NCBI GenBank assembly: GCA_964016885.1
Contig: OZ024742.1
Location: 25,482,001 to 25,546,000 of the forward strand
Origin: Eledone cirrhosa
Lineage: Eukaryota
Direction of reading: 5' to 3'
DNA: 64,000 nt
Below, piece after piece: positions 1 through 12,690 of this stretch. The position numbers and the translations under genes are program-made. The notes under the pieces were generated by a model that saw only the letters and a program-made list of their open reading frames with translations, was not told the origin of the DNA and made no database searches. Position 1 is the first letter of the stretch. Every line of letters begins with the position of its first letter.

Positions 1-153
1 GTATATATATATATATGTATGTATATATATATATATGTATGTATATATATATATATGTATGTATATATATATATGTATGTATATATATATATATATGTAT
101 GTATATATATATATATATGTATGTATATATATATATATGTATGTATATGTATG

Positions 154-212
<59 letters not shown>

Positions 213-213
213 G

Positions 214-248
<35 letters not shown>
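1..248. repeat. (TA)n microsatellite with TGTA interruptions
   Basis: Direct reading. Confidence 0.98.
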
Positions 249-254
<6 letters not shown>

Positions 255-498
255 GTAGAACACTGGAAGGTAATATCCGTAGTGATAGAGCACTCAGTCC
301 ATGGGACGAGTTAGGTAGAAGTGGTTACACAACAGTTAGTTCACCATATCGAGAACAATTGCGGATCCTCAGCTCGTAATGGGTATGGTTATACGGTTGT
401 CCCTCCTGTTCCGTATAACCATGCCCATTTACGAGGTGAGGATCCGCTAAGGTGAAACAATTGTTCTCGGTATGGTGAACTAACTGTTGTGTTACCAC

Positions 499-503
<5 letters not shown>
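249..503. mobile_element. Short fold-back PLE-like end fragment between TA tracts
   Basis: Inverted arms ~316-396 and ~411-503; contains an HHR motif. Confidence 0.75.
432..469 (+). ncRNA. Type I hammerhead motif, degenerate (C3>G in this arm)
   Basis: cgag-GTGAGGA-tcc gctaa ggt-GAAA-caattg-TT-ctcg; the opposite arm keeps CTGAGGA but has lost the GAAA segment. Confidence 0.7.
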
Positions 504-592
<89 letters not shown>

Positions 593-594
<2 letters not shown>

Positions 595-790
595 TAGAAA
601 GTGAGGTTTTTTTACAAAATGAAAAATAACCGAGGTGTCCTACACGATTGAAAGTATAAAGAAAAAAAGATGAAATCAAAATGCAACTGGAGTCTATTTA
701 AACAAATATATATATATTTATGTGGTTCCTTTACCGGTTTCGCAGTTCTTCTGATTTTCAAAAGTAGAGTTGAGATGAAGGGCTTGTGGT

Positions 791-795
<5 letters not shown>
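593..795 (-). mobile_element. PLE-like 3' end fragment; related copy at ~45730-45815
   Basis: 655-737 is the reverse complement of ~45731-45815; minus strand has CAGAAGA-actgc-GAAA-ccgg-TA but no stem I partner. Confidence 0.5.
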
Positions 796-887
<92 letters not shown>

Positions 888-903
888 GACACACACACAC
901 ACA
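794..903. repeat. (CA)n microsatellite
   Basis: Direct reading. Confidence 0.98.
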
Positions 904-1180
904 TATATATATATGTATGTATCTATATACATATGTGTGTATGTATTTATATACATATGTATGTATGTATTTATATATATATGTATGTATTTATATATAT
1001 ATATGATATGTATGTATTTATATATATATATTATATGTATGTATTTATATATATGTATGTATTTATATATATGTATGTATTTATATATATATATATATAA
1101 ATTGATGAGCAGAACAAACAAACATTAAACAATCCTTTAAATAAATTAAAAAATAATTTAAATATCTACCTGTTCATAAT

Positions 1181-1259
1181 GCTATTACCGGCGGTTTCCA
1201 TCCACAAAAGATTGGAAATTCAGAGAATCTCCAATGGAAAGTAGATTTCATCAGATAGC
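1181..1259 (-). ncRNA. Type I hammerhead motif (mirror of 1782-1860)
   Basis: Reverse complement of the 1782-1860 motif. Confidence 0.85.
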
Positions 1260-1781
1260 TATTTCCTTTCTATAGGACATATGTCCCATGGTCCACAAAT
1301 ATAAGGCTAACTACCAGCTCGTATGAGTTATAGCCGTTAAAGGACCCATACGTGACCTGGCCACGAGAGCAAGCGGGAATATTACAGACATGTTGATGGC
1401 TTGGCTGCTAAAAAAATAGCAGTAAGCAACAACGAATTTTTTTCTCTACATAGATTGGAGAATATATAAAAATGAGGTAAATATCTCATTGAGTACTAAG
1501 TACACATTGAGATATATAGGGTGTCTATAATATAATTGTTGTTCTATGGTACTAATTAGAGATACCAGAACTATAAAAATTGATGATCTATGTAGAGAAA
1601 AAAATTCGTCGTTGCTTACTGCTATCTTTTTAGCAGCCAAGCCATCAACAAGTCTGTAATATTCCCGCTTGCTCTCGTGTCCAGGTCACGTATGGGTCCT
1701 TTAACGGCTATAACTCATACGAGCTGGTAGTTAGCCTTATATTTGTGGACCATGGGACATATGTCCTATAGAAAGGAAATA

Positions 1782-1860
1782 GCTATCTGATGAAATCTAC
1801 TTTCCATTGGAGATTCTCTGAATTTCCAATCTTTTGTGGATGGAAACCGCCGGTAATAGC
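1782..1860 (+). ncRNA. Type I hammerhead motif with long stem II
   Basis: gctat-CTGATGA-a atctac..attggagattc tct gaatttccaat..gtggat g-GAAA-ccgccgg-TA-atagc. Confidence 0.88.
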
Positions 1861-2045
1861 ATTATGAACAGGTAGATATTTAAATTATTTTTTAATTTAT
1901 TTAAAGGATTGATTAATGTTTGTTTGTTCTGCTTATCAATTTTTATAGTTCTGGTATCTCTAATTAGTACCATAGGACAACAATTATATTATAGACACCC
2001 TATATATCTCTATGGGTACTTAGTACTCAATGAGATATTTACCTC

Positions 2046-2096
<51 letters not shown>

Positions 2097-2243
2097 TATA
2101 CTTATATATATATATATATATACAATTATACTTATATATATATATATATATACAATTATACTTATATATATATATATAAATACAATTATACATATATATA
2201 TATATATAAATACATACGTACATATATATGTATAAATACATAT

Positions 2244-2276
<33 letters not shown>

Positions 2277-3399
2277 AATACATGTGACATGTATGTATGT
2301 ATTTATATATATATATAGGCATGTATATTGAATGCACATGTATGTTTAATACATAAGTGCAGTTAATTGTATTTTATGTAAACATGTGTGTATGACATAT
2401 AAACACACGCACCCGTACGTATATATCCATTGTAGGAAACAGATATCGAGAGTCTTGTTTATATATCATAAATCTCTATTATGTTACAACTGGGTGGCCA
2501 GATTTGGATCCTGTTTTGCTTTGTTCTCCACTTTCTCGGAAAGATTCAGCATTCCCGGTGGGTTATGTGAATATAATGTTAACCCTTTAATATTCAAGGG
2601 TTAAGGCAGATACAGCTATTAAATTCCAAACATTCTTGCCATCCTAAAATTATAAAGACCAACTGAGGGTACAAATATATTGCTACGGCGGTGGCTCGTC
2701 CCCCCCCACTCACCCACACAAAGTGCAGGAGGCCCGGGGACATTTAACCCTTTGCCTCTCCCCCATTAAATCCGGCCTTGTTTGTGTAAGGAAGACAAAT
2801 AACAGAAACATGATTTTAGGGGATTTTATTTACAATAGTATTTTGATGTTTATAATGGTAAAAACAATTTAATAGAAAAATAAAATAAACTGCTTTGTCT
2901 CGGAAAGTGAGAATATCTTCCCTGGATTTGAACTCATTTCCTCGAAGTATATTATCTGATACTGTAACACGTCAGCCATTGATCATATTACTAATGAATA
3001 ATTTCATCAAGAATCATCTGAGGGAATTAAAGATAACGTTTATTTTTCTCTCCGGTGAGAGTGGCTTTTGTAATTAACATACAGACTTCAAAGCTTCTTT
3101 TCTTCAAAGAAGCTGCTGGTCTTCTGCTAGGATTGGTCACATGAATCCTGTATATCGTCAGTTTGGTTCTTGGGAACAAAGACAGGACTAGCAACATCGT
3201 TATTATTAATAGAGTGAAAAACAACAGTTACTATTGTTTCATACTAATTATCATCAAATTAGACTTTCTGTCGTGTTGATTGACTATGTACACAGGAATT
3301 GAACTAGAAGGAAAATTAACCAACGACAAAACTTCTCTGTACCAGATCACAAGTACTACTAGACATAGCAAAGAAATCTACCTCAAAACACACCCTACC

Positions 3400-3500
<101 letters not shown>

Positions 3501-3501
3501 A

Positions 3502-3562
<61 letters not shown>

Positions 3563-3566
<4 letters not shown>

Positions 3567-4700
3567 GGTTTGAGGTTCACCACTGTATAGAGCTGATCTA
3601 TTCCGTATGGTCAATCGTAATGCAATAATATAGAGAGTACTCAACGTAAAGCAGTTCAACCGTCTTTGTTTTTGTAGTTGCTGGTGCTATTACGGAGTTA
3701 AATATTATAATGAAATGACAGGAGGCTGGATTTGTGTAAATCCTTGAAAGGTTTATTATACTATGATCATTTCAATGACCGGGTTCCGTATGAATCCGGT
3801 GATATCATCAGGTATTCGAAATATAATACGTGAATGTAATAGGTAAAATCCATGGGGCTGAAAATCGAGACCCGAGGGCGACCGCTATTCTGTTCCTTCA
3901 ACCTCAGCCGGTCGCCCTGGAGTGACGTAGCTAAATTTTACAGTATGCTACTACCGGTCAGATGAACGAAAACAGAAAGGGATGGGAGCATAGGTTAACG
4001 TCGATCCCATGACACAAGGTAAAAGAAAGAAAGAAAGGAAGGAGAGAGAAGAAGGGGGAAGAAAGAAGTAGAGAAGCCAGGGTTAATGTCAGCTAAAAGA
4101 GGAAGGCAACTACTACTGGTCAGATATAGGCAAGCAAGAGGGGGAAGGAAGATAAGTCTGCGGGAGGAAGACAGAGGGAGGGGAGAAGAGAAGGATGGGA
4201 AGAGAGAAGTAGAAAAGTAAGGGTTGATGGCTACAAGAAGGAAGATAGAAAGAAAGAGGAAGAAAGGTCGATATTAATGTCAGACCACAGTCAAGCCAGG
4301 AGTGGCGGAAGAAAATGTTCACAGGGACCCGCATCTTAGCAGAGATGAATATATTGGGAGTCAGTGTTTTACAGTGTTTAGACTTCTAGGATGAAGTTAA
4401 AAAAATTAATAATCAATATTCAATATTAAAGAGGTTAGAGAATTTAAAGTTCAACAGTTTAACATTTAATTATATAATAGTTCCGATTTGTTCTGTAATT
4501 TAAAGGTACTATTTGGCGGTTAAAACCCCGGCCGCGCCCCGGGCCCCATGGCGAACTAAGCCACGCCGAGTATTTTCATTTACTGAAAGAAGGGGAAATT
4601 TATTTTTCCAAGCACTTCCTTCCCCCTCTTGCTTGCCTATATCTGACCAGTAGTAGTTGCCTTCCTCTTTTAGCTGACATTAACCCTGGCTTCTCTACTT

Positions 4701-4704
<4 letters not shown>
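3563..4704 (-). mobile_element. HHR-bearing non-coding PLE-like element (same family as 35028-38820), 5' truncated with short inversion
   Basis: Closely similar to 35028-35935 and reverse complement of ~37770-38820; 4616-4704 inverts ~4064-4150; TA tracts on both sides. Confidence 0.85.
3758..3815 (-). ncRNA. Type I hammerhead motif
   Basis: atac-CTGATGA-t atcaccgg..ccggtcat t-GAAA-tgatca-TA-gtat. Confidence 0.82.
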
Positions 4705-4736
<32 letters not shown>

Positions 4737-4739
<3 letters not shown>

Positions 4740-5048
4740 ATAAGTTTATCCGGGGTTCAATTGGGGATAACCACACTAAGTAAGGTACTCAATACAAAGC
4801 AGAGTATAAATATTTAATATAGAAAAGGCTTCTACAGGACTAGAACTGTTTCATTCTGGAAAAATCATCAGGAAGCCAACTGTCCAAGTAATATAGTGGT
4901 ATTTATATCTTTTCTGGTGGTAGCGAAGGGTGGTGATTTGGATTGGTGGAGTTCATGGGTTGATGGGTTATATTAAATATTTATACTCTGCTTTGTATTG
5001 AGTACTTTACCTTCCACGGTTACTCCCATTGAACCCGGGATAAACTTA
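4737..5048 (-). mobile_element. Fold-back PLE-like end fragment
   Basis: Inverted arms ~4741-4821 and ~4968-5048; HHR next to the left arm. Confidence 0.75.
4827..4877 (-). ncRNA. Type I hammerhead motif
   Basis: ggcttc-CTGATGA-tttttccagaat-GAAA-cag ttctagtc ctg-TA-gaagcc; stem II is weak. Confidence 0.78.
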
Positions 5049-5058
5049 TATATATATA

Positions 5059-5622
5059 TATCCAAAATTAAATTAAGGGTGCCATGTCCGAGACATGCGC
5101 CATATCCACCGTATGATATAAAATGCTCGGATCTATTCATTGGAATCTTTGAGCTTATTGTACGGTGGATATGGCGCATGTCTCGGACATGACTCACTTA
5201 ATTTAATTTGGGATATATACACGGCCCCTTGATTGTAGAGCTAACCCAGTTGAACGGACTCGGCTTCTATTTGTAGCTGTCGATAATCCTATTCATGCCA
5301 CTGGAATGACGCTGGCACGATGTGTGTTGTTTTAGAATTGCAACACGTACGACGGGTCATTCGCAGATTTGCATTTGATGTGTAAACACAGATAGTTAAA
5401 TCTTCTCCCTTGCTGAAGAACCGACATTTGACTACTGGGAGTTTACGGATTAATGGTGAAATATATTTCTTTAATGAAATATATACAAGGAAGATTAATC
5501 ATTTTTAAAAGGTAATATTTGAAGTTCTAGTTAAACTTTAATTAGTTACCTACCTAGCTGTGTGTGCTTACACACTTTACAAATTATCCCCTGTGATTGT
5601 TTCATGTGTTTATTTTAAATAT
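5059..5622 (+). mobile_element. HHR-bearing element with 5' hairpin
   Basis: Inverted repeat ~5059-5113 / ~5161-5215; HHR at 5408; TA flanks. Confidence 0.7.
5408..5490 (+). ncRNA. Type I hammerhead motif with stable stem III
   Basis: ccttg-CTGAAGA-acc..ggt-GAAA-tatatttc tttaat gaaatata-TA-caagg. Confidence 0.85.
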
Positions 5623-5643
5623 ATATATATGCCAATCAATTTC

Positions 5644-5709
<66 letters not shown>

Positions 5710-5716
<7 letters not shown>

Positions 5717-5882
5717 TAACAGATTAAAGTTTAAGCAAGGAATCGTTGCTTTCACCCTTAAAGGGATCTTCTGAATATATGTTAATAAATATTTGCTCTA
5801 GGGTGCTTATATATTTGATATATATTTATCCTTATCGAGCCCTCTTTGGATTTTAGTCTTCACATTTATTATTATTACTATA
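5710..5882. mobile_element. Inverted 3'-end remnant of the PLE family at 22017-26640, with truncated CAGAAGA hammerhead at 5728-5775 (minus)
   Basis: 5711-5775 matches ~22113-22177; 5782-5882 is the reverse complement of ~22015-22115. Confidence 0.85.
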
Positions 5883-6284
5883 TATATATTAAATAGGAAT
5901 AACATACGAGATAAAACAAGTTTAGATAACACTAACAAGATGGGATGGTCACAGCTGGAATGTTTTTGATCTCAGGTTTGCTCAATTAAGGTGGATCTGA
6001 GGTTATACAACAAAGGCAACAGAGAAGCAACAGCAACAAGAGAAATATCAGTAAGAAAATAAAGACCATCTTCTCATCGTTACCTGGTGACGTAACATGC
6101 AAACTATCACGTTTCCAGAATAAAAATCTTTATTTAACTCAAATTTACATTGTTCTTATATTACTAATACCACCCCCAATACTACGACTACTACCACCAT
6201 TACTAATACTACGATTACGACTCCCACTCCTCCTCCACATCCTCCTCCTCCTCCTCCTCCTACTACTACTACTACTACTACTAC

Positions 6285-6485
6285 TTGTTTCTACTTCGGG
6301 CATAAGGCCAGCAATTTAAAAAGGAGGGAAAAGTCGATTATATCGATCCAGTGTTTTACTTGTACTCTATTTTATCGATCCTGTTAGAATGAAAGGCAAA
6401 ACTAACCCCGGTGAGATTTGAACTCAGAACGCAGGAAAATCGATAATTCAAATCATTCTATCCGATACCTTAACGAATCAATCGT
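6285..6485 (-). mobile_element. tRNA-derived SINE family 1, degraded
   Basis: Shares ttttatcga..gatgaaaggcaaa..gatttgaactcag core with the 31215-31742 copies. Confidence 0.75.
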
Positions 6486-6664
6486 CTCACAACCTGGTAG
6501 TAATGATACAAATACATGATCCCGTAATTCCTGATGGAATCGTTGGGGACCTGTATTGAAATACGGCGTTTCTAAGACATCTTTTAAACCTGGTGGAGCC
6601 CCGTTTCCTCTCCAGATTTGAATAGAGTAGATTTCTTCCAGATAATGATAGAGAGCGAGACACT

Positions 6665-6830
6665 AGACGAAGAATCAACTCCAGTACTTGACTGGTATTT
6701 TTTTATCGACTATGATTGAATGAAAGGCAAAGTGATCTCGATGAGATTTGATCTCAGGAAAGGGCCGTGAATACCACAAATCACCCTAACAGACATTATA
6801 ACGGCCCTGCCAGTTCACCCCCTGGTCGTA
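6665..6830 (-). mobile_element. tRNA-derived SINE family 1, degraded
   Basis: Same core motif. Confidence 0.7.
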
Positions 6831-7091
6831 ATGATATACAGAAATTAAAATCAAAACAAAACAAATACAACAACAACACACACCAACATAAACTTGATGT
6901 ATTTGAAATTGTCATAAGTGCAACTAATTGCTTGGCGAGTGGTTTGGTTTGTCAATAACTGTCAGGTAAAAATGTATGAGAGAAGGCGATGAAGTCCTGA
7001 AGGGCGTGGAAACGAACTGTAAATTCATAAAATAAAATAAATTATAACGAAAATAAAATAAAACTAGGTACAACAAAGTAGTAGTAGTAGC

Positions 7092-7126
<35 letters not shown>

Positions 7127-7209
7127 GGAATAGAGGCCTGAAGATCGTAGGAATATAATACAAAAAAAAATTAAAAGAAACACAGACACAAGATTAATTA
7201 CTGTAAAAA

Positions 7210-9540
7210 GGTAGTGGTAGTGATGCTAGTAGTGGTGGTGGTGCCAGTAGTGGTAGTGATGCTAGTAGTGGTGGTGGTGCCAGTAGTGGTAGTGGTACCA
7301 GTGGTGGTAGTAGTACAAGTAGTGGTAATGATGCCAGTAGTGGTAGTGGTGCCAGTAGTGGTAGTGATGCTAGTAGTGGTGGTGGTGCCAGTAGTGGTGG
7401 TGGTGCCAGTAGTGGTAGTGGTACCAGTAGTGGTAGTGATGCTAGTAGTGGTGGTGGTGCCAGTAGTGGTAGTGGTGCTAGTAGTGGTGGTGGTGCCAGT
7501 AGTGGTAGTGGTGCTAGTAGTGGTGGTGGTGCCAGTAGTGGTAGTGGTACCAGTAGTGGTAGTAGTACAAGTAGTGGTAATGATGCCAGTACTGGTAGTG
7601 GTGCCAGTAGTGGTAGTGATGCTAGTAGTGGTGGTGGTGCCAGTAGTGGTAGTAGTACAAGTAGTGGTAATGATGCCAGTAGTGGTAGTGGTGCCAGTAG
7701 TGGTAGTGGTGCCAGTAGTGGTAGTGGTACCAGTAGTGGTGGTGGTGCCAGTAGTGGTAATGATGCTAGTAGTGGTAGTGGTGCCAGTAGTGGTGGTGGT
7801 GCCAGTAGTGGTAATGATGCTAGTAGTGGTAGTGGTACCAGTAGTGGTGGTGGTGCCAGTAGTGGTAGTGGTGCCAGTAGTGGTGGTGGTGCCAGTAGTG
7901 GTAGTGGTACAAGTAGTGGTAATGATGCTAGTAGTGGTAGTGGTGCCAGTAGTGGTAGTGGTGCCAGTAGTGGTAGTGGTACCAGTAGTGGTGGTGGTGC
8001 CAGTAGTGGTAGTGATGCTAGTAGTGGTGGTGGTGCCAGTAGTGGTAGTAGTACAAGTAGTGGTAATGATGCTAGTAGTGGTAGTGGTGCCAGTAGTGGT
8101 AGTGGTACAAGTAGTGGTAATGATGCCAGTAGTGGTAGTGGTGCCAGTAGTGGTAGTGATGCTACTAGTGGTGGTGGTGCCAGTAGTGGTAGTAGTACAA
8201 GTAGTGGTAATGATGCCAGTAGTGGTAGTGGTGCCAGTAGTGGTAGTGATGCTAGTAGTGGTGGTGGTGCCAGTAGTGGTAGTAGTACAAGTAGTGGTAA
8301 TGATGCCAGTAGTGGTAGTGGTGCCAGTAGTGGTAGTGATGCTAGTAGTGGTGGTGGTGCCAGTAGTGGTAGTAATACAAGTAGTGGTAATGATGCCAGT
8401 AGTGGTGGTGGTGCCAGTAGTGGTAGTAGTACAAGTAGTGGTAGTGATGGTAGTAGTGGTGGTGGTGCCAGTAGTGGTAGTGATGCTAGTAGTGGTGGTG
8501 GTGCTAGTAGTGGTAGTGGTACCAGTGGTGGTAGTAGTACAAGTAGTGGTAGTGATGCCAGTAGTGGTGGTGGTGCCAGTAGTGGTAGTGGTACAAGTAG
8601 CGGTAATGATGCTAGTAGTGGTGGTGGTGCCAGTAGTGGTGGTGGTGCCAGTAGTGTTAGTGGTACAAGTAGCGGTAATGATGCCAGTAGTGGTAGTGGT
8701 GCCAGTAGTGGTAATGATGCCAGTAGTGGTGGTGGTGCCAGTAGTGGTAGTAGTACAAGTAGTGGTAATGATGCTAGTAGTGGTGGTGGTGCCAGTAGTG
8801 GTAGTGGTACAAGTAGCGGTAATGATGCTAGCAGTGGTGGTGGTGCCAGTAGTGGTAGTAGTACAAGTAGTGGTAATGATGCCAGTAGTGGTAGTGGTGC
8901 CAGTAGTGGTAGTGATGCTAGCAGTGGTGGTGGTGCCCGTAGTGGTAGTGGTACCAGTGGTGGTAGTAGTACAAGTAGTGGTAATGATGCCAGTAGTGGT
9001 AGTGGTGCCAGTAGTGGTAGTGGTGCCAGTAGTGGTAGTGATGCTAGTAGTGGTTGTGGTGCCAGTAGTGGTAGTGGTACCAGTGGTGGTAGTAGTACAA
9101 GTAGTGGTAATGGTGCCAGTAGTGGTAGTGGTGCCAGTAGTGGTAGTGATGCTAGTAGTGGTGGTGGTGCTAGTAGTGGTAGTGGTACCAGTGGTGGTAG
9201 TAGTACAAGTAGTGGTAATGGTGCCAGTAGTGGTAGTGGTGCCAGTAGTGGTAGTGATGCTAGTAGTGGTGGTGGTGCTAGTAGTGGTAGTGGTACCAGT
9301 GGTGGTTGTAGTACAAGTAGTGGTAATGATGCCAGTAGTGGTAGTGGTGCCAGTAGTGGTAGTGGTGGCCGTAGTGGTAGTGATTCTAGTAGTGGTAGTG
9401 GTACCCGTAGTGGTAGTAGTAATAGTAGTAGTAGTAGTGGTAGTAGTAGTAGTAGTAATTGTAGCAGCAGCAGTAGTAGTAGTAGTAGTGGTGGTAGTAG
9501 AAGTGGCAGTGGTAGTGGTAGTGGTAGTAGTGGTAGTAAA
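7210..9540. repeat. 18-nt minisatellite AGT AGT GGT RRT RRT RCH (~120 units) grading into (AGT/GGT)n; stop-free Ser/Gly frame 7207-9543 on +
   Basis: The RCH triplet recurs exactly every 180 nt from 7261 to 9241, so the 18-nt phase is kept. Confidence 0.95.
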
Positions 9541-9697
9541 TGAAGAATCATCGCGTCTTAAAACGCTAATTAGAAGCTTTACAGTTCAAAATGGATGGCC
9601 CCAAACTGACAACCTTTGCCACTTTTCTTAGCGACTTACCTTAATAACACTGAAGGTCTTACTCAAGTAAACAAACATTACACATCATTTCTCTTAT

Positions 9698-9785
<88 letters not shown>
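9698..9785. repeat. (TAG)n(TTG)n microsatellite
   Basis: Direct reading. Confidence 0.95.
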
Positions 9786-10249
9786 CATTTTTTTCATTTT
9801 TTTCTTCTTCTTACTATTTTTTATTTTTCCTCTTTCTTCCTCTCTATTATTAATCTACTCCCCACCATACAAAACACAACAACAACCAACCACATTAAGA
9901 ATTGTTTATCTTCTTAACAGACAATTCAGTGTATTTTTCCATCTTTGAAAATCTCTCTTTCACTCACTCTCTTTCACTCACTCTATCATGTGTTTGTTAG
10001 GCGGAGGAAATATTTTTCCGATGTTGTTTTTCTTATTAACTTATATACCTTATATAGTTAGTTTCTATAACGTACTGTAAATCTTTTTTTACGTTTGGCT
10101 TTCTTTTTCACTTTTACACTATGAATTTTGCCGCCGGATTGCTACAAAATATATTCTATTAATTTATAGAATGGAGCTACACCGGTGTCGACGATGAGTA
10201 TTCCAGGTGTTCGATCAAAGGAAACAGTCATGGTATTAACCTGTAAGTG

Positions 10250-10720
10250 GCTGAGCATTCCTCAGACACATGAACCACTATCGTCACTCTCAGGGAGATC
10301 CAGCATAATATAGTGTATGACAAGGCCATCTGTTGAATTACTGGTACAGTCATTCCACAGACACGTGTAACTCTATAGTAATACGCAGGGAGATCCAACA
10401 TGACACTGTGTGACAAGGCCGGCTCTTGAACTACACGTAATCATTCCACAGACAGGTGTATCCATCTCGTAATTCTCAGAGAGATCCAGCATGACAAATA
10501 TTCTGACAAGACCGGCTCTTGAACTATAGGTACACTCATTCCACAGACACGTGTACCCCTATCGTACTTCTCAGGGAGATCTAGCATGATATAGTGTGTG
10601 ACAAGGCCGACTCTTGAATTACAGGTACGGTCATTCCACAAACATGTACCCCTATCGTCATTCTCAGGGAGATGTAGTATGACACTGTATAACAGAGCTG
10701 GTCCTTGGAAATACAGATTA
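10250..10720 (-). repeat. ~95-bp tandem repeat (5 units) derived from the 3' part of SINE family 2
   Basis: cattcc recurs at 10256, 10351, 10442, 10537, 10632; unit resembles the reverse complement of ~12180-12270 and ~13500-13565. Confidence 0.8.
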
Positions 10721-12002
10721 CAACGTACAGTGCATCTGGCTTGCTGTCAACCGTTTATAGCTACACAATATCTCTGACCAGGTATAGGTATTGTTGGATC
10801 CGGGTCACTTCAATTTTGGGATACCCCTCATACACAAACTATTAGAATACACAGCAAAACTCACAGTTTTACATATTAAAGTTTGATTGGCGCAGTCATT
10901 AATTAAAAAAATTCTAACCATCCTAAAACTAAAACCCCAGCCGAGGACACAAATGAATTGTTATGATCATCGCAGCCTCTCCCACTGTAGGGGTCCAGCT
11001 GCCCCCCCCCGCCTTCGCCGCCATTTGCTCCAATTAAATCCGGCCGTGCGTATAGGTCTGTCTTTGGCTCTGGTAAATGACACTTCCCCAAGTTTCCAAG
11101 CAATAGAATCGAATTCGGAACTTCATAAATGTGAAGAGAACTGTTTAAACATTCGGCTAAGCTGCCTACAATTTTCATAAATTCTCGTGAAATGAATTTC
11201 GTGGGAAGAATATTTTTTAAATTATTGTAATTCGCAATTTTAAAATAAAATTAAACGAAATAATATAACATAAAATGAAGCAAATGAGCATGCAATTTTT
11301 ATAGTGTAGCTGCCAGCATTGAGGTGCATGTGAATTTTAAAATGTCTATTTTAGCATTTTTTTTTTATTTTGAAGACTATTCTCAAGGGAGACAACAAAT
11401 GCATTATACTAAATTTCAGAATTTGCTTTTTAACAAATATTTCGATGTATTATTTTGTTTTTCTTTTTGGTTTTAGTTCTGTGTTGGTAGCAATAAATGT
11501 CATTGTTTTGATTGCAACAATTAAGAAGATCATGTTTGGTTTGTATAAATTTAATGATGAACACAACTCCAATCAAGCTAATGCCGAATAGCTAATGAAA
11601 TCTTTAACATTTGTTTTTGCTCCTCTTCATTATAATTGGTCGTCTTTATTGCAAATGTTGCTGCTATAAACTTGCAGGCATACGGGATTATTTAAGAGAC
11701 TTAGAATAGAATAATAGCTCTGTGGTTAACATGTAGTGATTATTCATCAAATTATTATAGGTTCAAACCGTGACATAATCGCTGAACCATACGTTTATGT
11801 TAAGGTCAGGCACTAGTTCTAGGGAATTTAATTGATGTGTAGTTTTTAATACCCCTTCAGAATTGAGTATCTAGGCTTAAGATGGTGGGCAGGTTGTTGG
11901 AGGAGAATTATTTCTTCAGCAATTCTTCCGTATACTTTAATTAGTAGAACAATCCATTTTTGAGAGAAAACGGGAAAAAAAAGAAATTTCAAGAAGAATT
12001 CA

Positions 12003-12295
12003 TATAGGTGTGACCGAATAGTTAAGGAATTTTCTTTTCAATCATCTCCCGGGTTCGATCACAATGCGTGGAATCTTGGTCAAATGTTATTTAATATAGC
12101 CTCCGTTAAACTTCTGACTTGCGAGTGAAATTGTTTAAGCGCTAACAGTTTTAAAACCCGTCGGATGGCCTTTACCTATAAATCAAAGGGCCAGCCCTGT
12201 CATACACTTTATCATGCTGAATAGCCATGAGAATTACATTAAGGATATATATGTCTGGAAAATGCTAAGCTGCTTGCACGTTAATTTCAATATCA
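12003..12295 (+). mobile_element. tRNA-derived SINE family 2, degraded
   Basis: B-box-like gggttcgatc at ~12051; body similar to 13340-13630. Confidence 0.55.
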
Positions 12296-12476
12296 ATCAT
12301 GCCATTACATATTTACAGCGTTTACTTTTAACAATGTGTATGCAGTATGTCCGAATAGTTAAGAAGTCCGCCATATTTATATTATGGGGATACGTCCCAG
12401 CATCGATAACTAACAGGTCTGTTCAATCTGACTATTATTTTATAGCACTGTACACATATTTCAATATTTTTACGAT

Positions 12477-12690
12477 TGGCAGTATCGGTAGAGGGTCGGA
12501 TGCCATGCTTTGCAACATAGAGTTAAGGCCCTTTATGGTCTGAGTTCAAATCCCGACGAGGTAAACTTTGCCTTTCATCCTTACGGGGTCGATAAAATAA
12601 ACCATCAATAATGCACTCGGGTAGATTTAATCGACTTCCCTTCCCCCAAAATTGGCGGCCTTGTGCCTGTATAAGAAACCAATATTTCTA
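12477..12690 (+). mobile_element. tRNA-derived SINE family 1
   Basis: A box tggcagtatcgg, B box gagttcaaatcc, then actttgcctttcatccttacggggtcgataaa. Confidence 0.85.

Larger units (their letters stand above)
1098..2052. mobile_element. Non-coding HHR element with double inversion (A, B', A', B) in a TA tract
   Basis: 1101-1453 is inverted at ~1587-1940; ~1462-1582 is inverted at ~1937-2055. Confidence 0.85.

Noticed and set aside
7194-9631. 785-aa Leu/Pro and 805-aa Val-rich ORFs
   Set aside because: Alternative frames of the 18-nt repeat with implausible composition
10250-10720. Possible CRISPR-like array
   Set aside because: Units are similar along their whole length with no unique spacers; eukaryotic, SINE-derived
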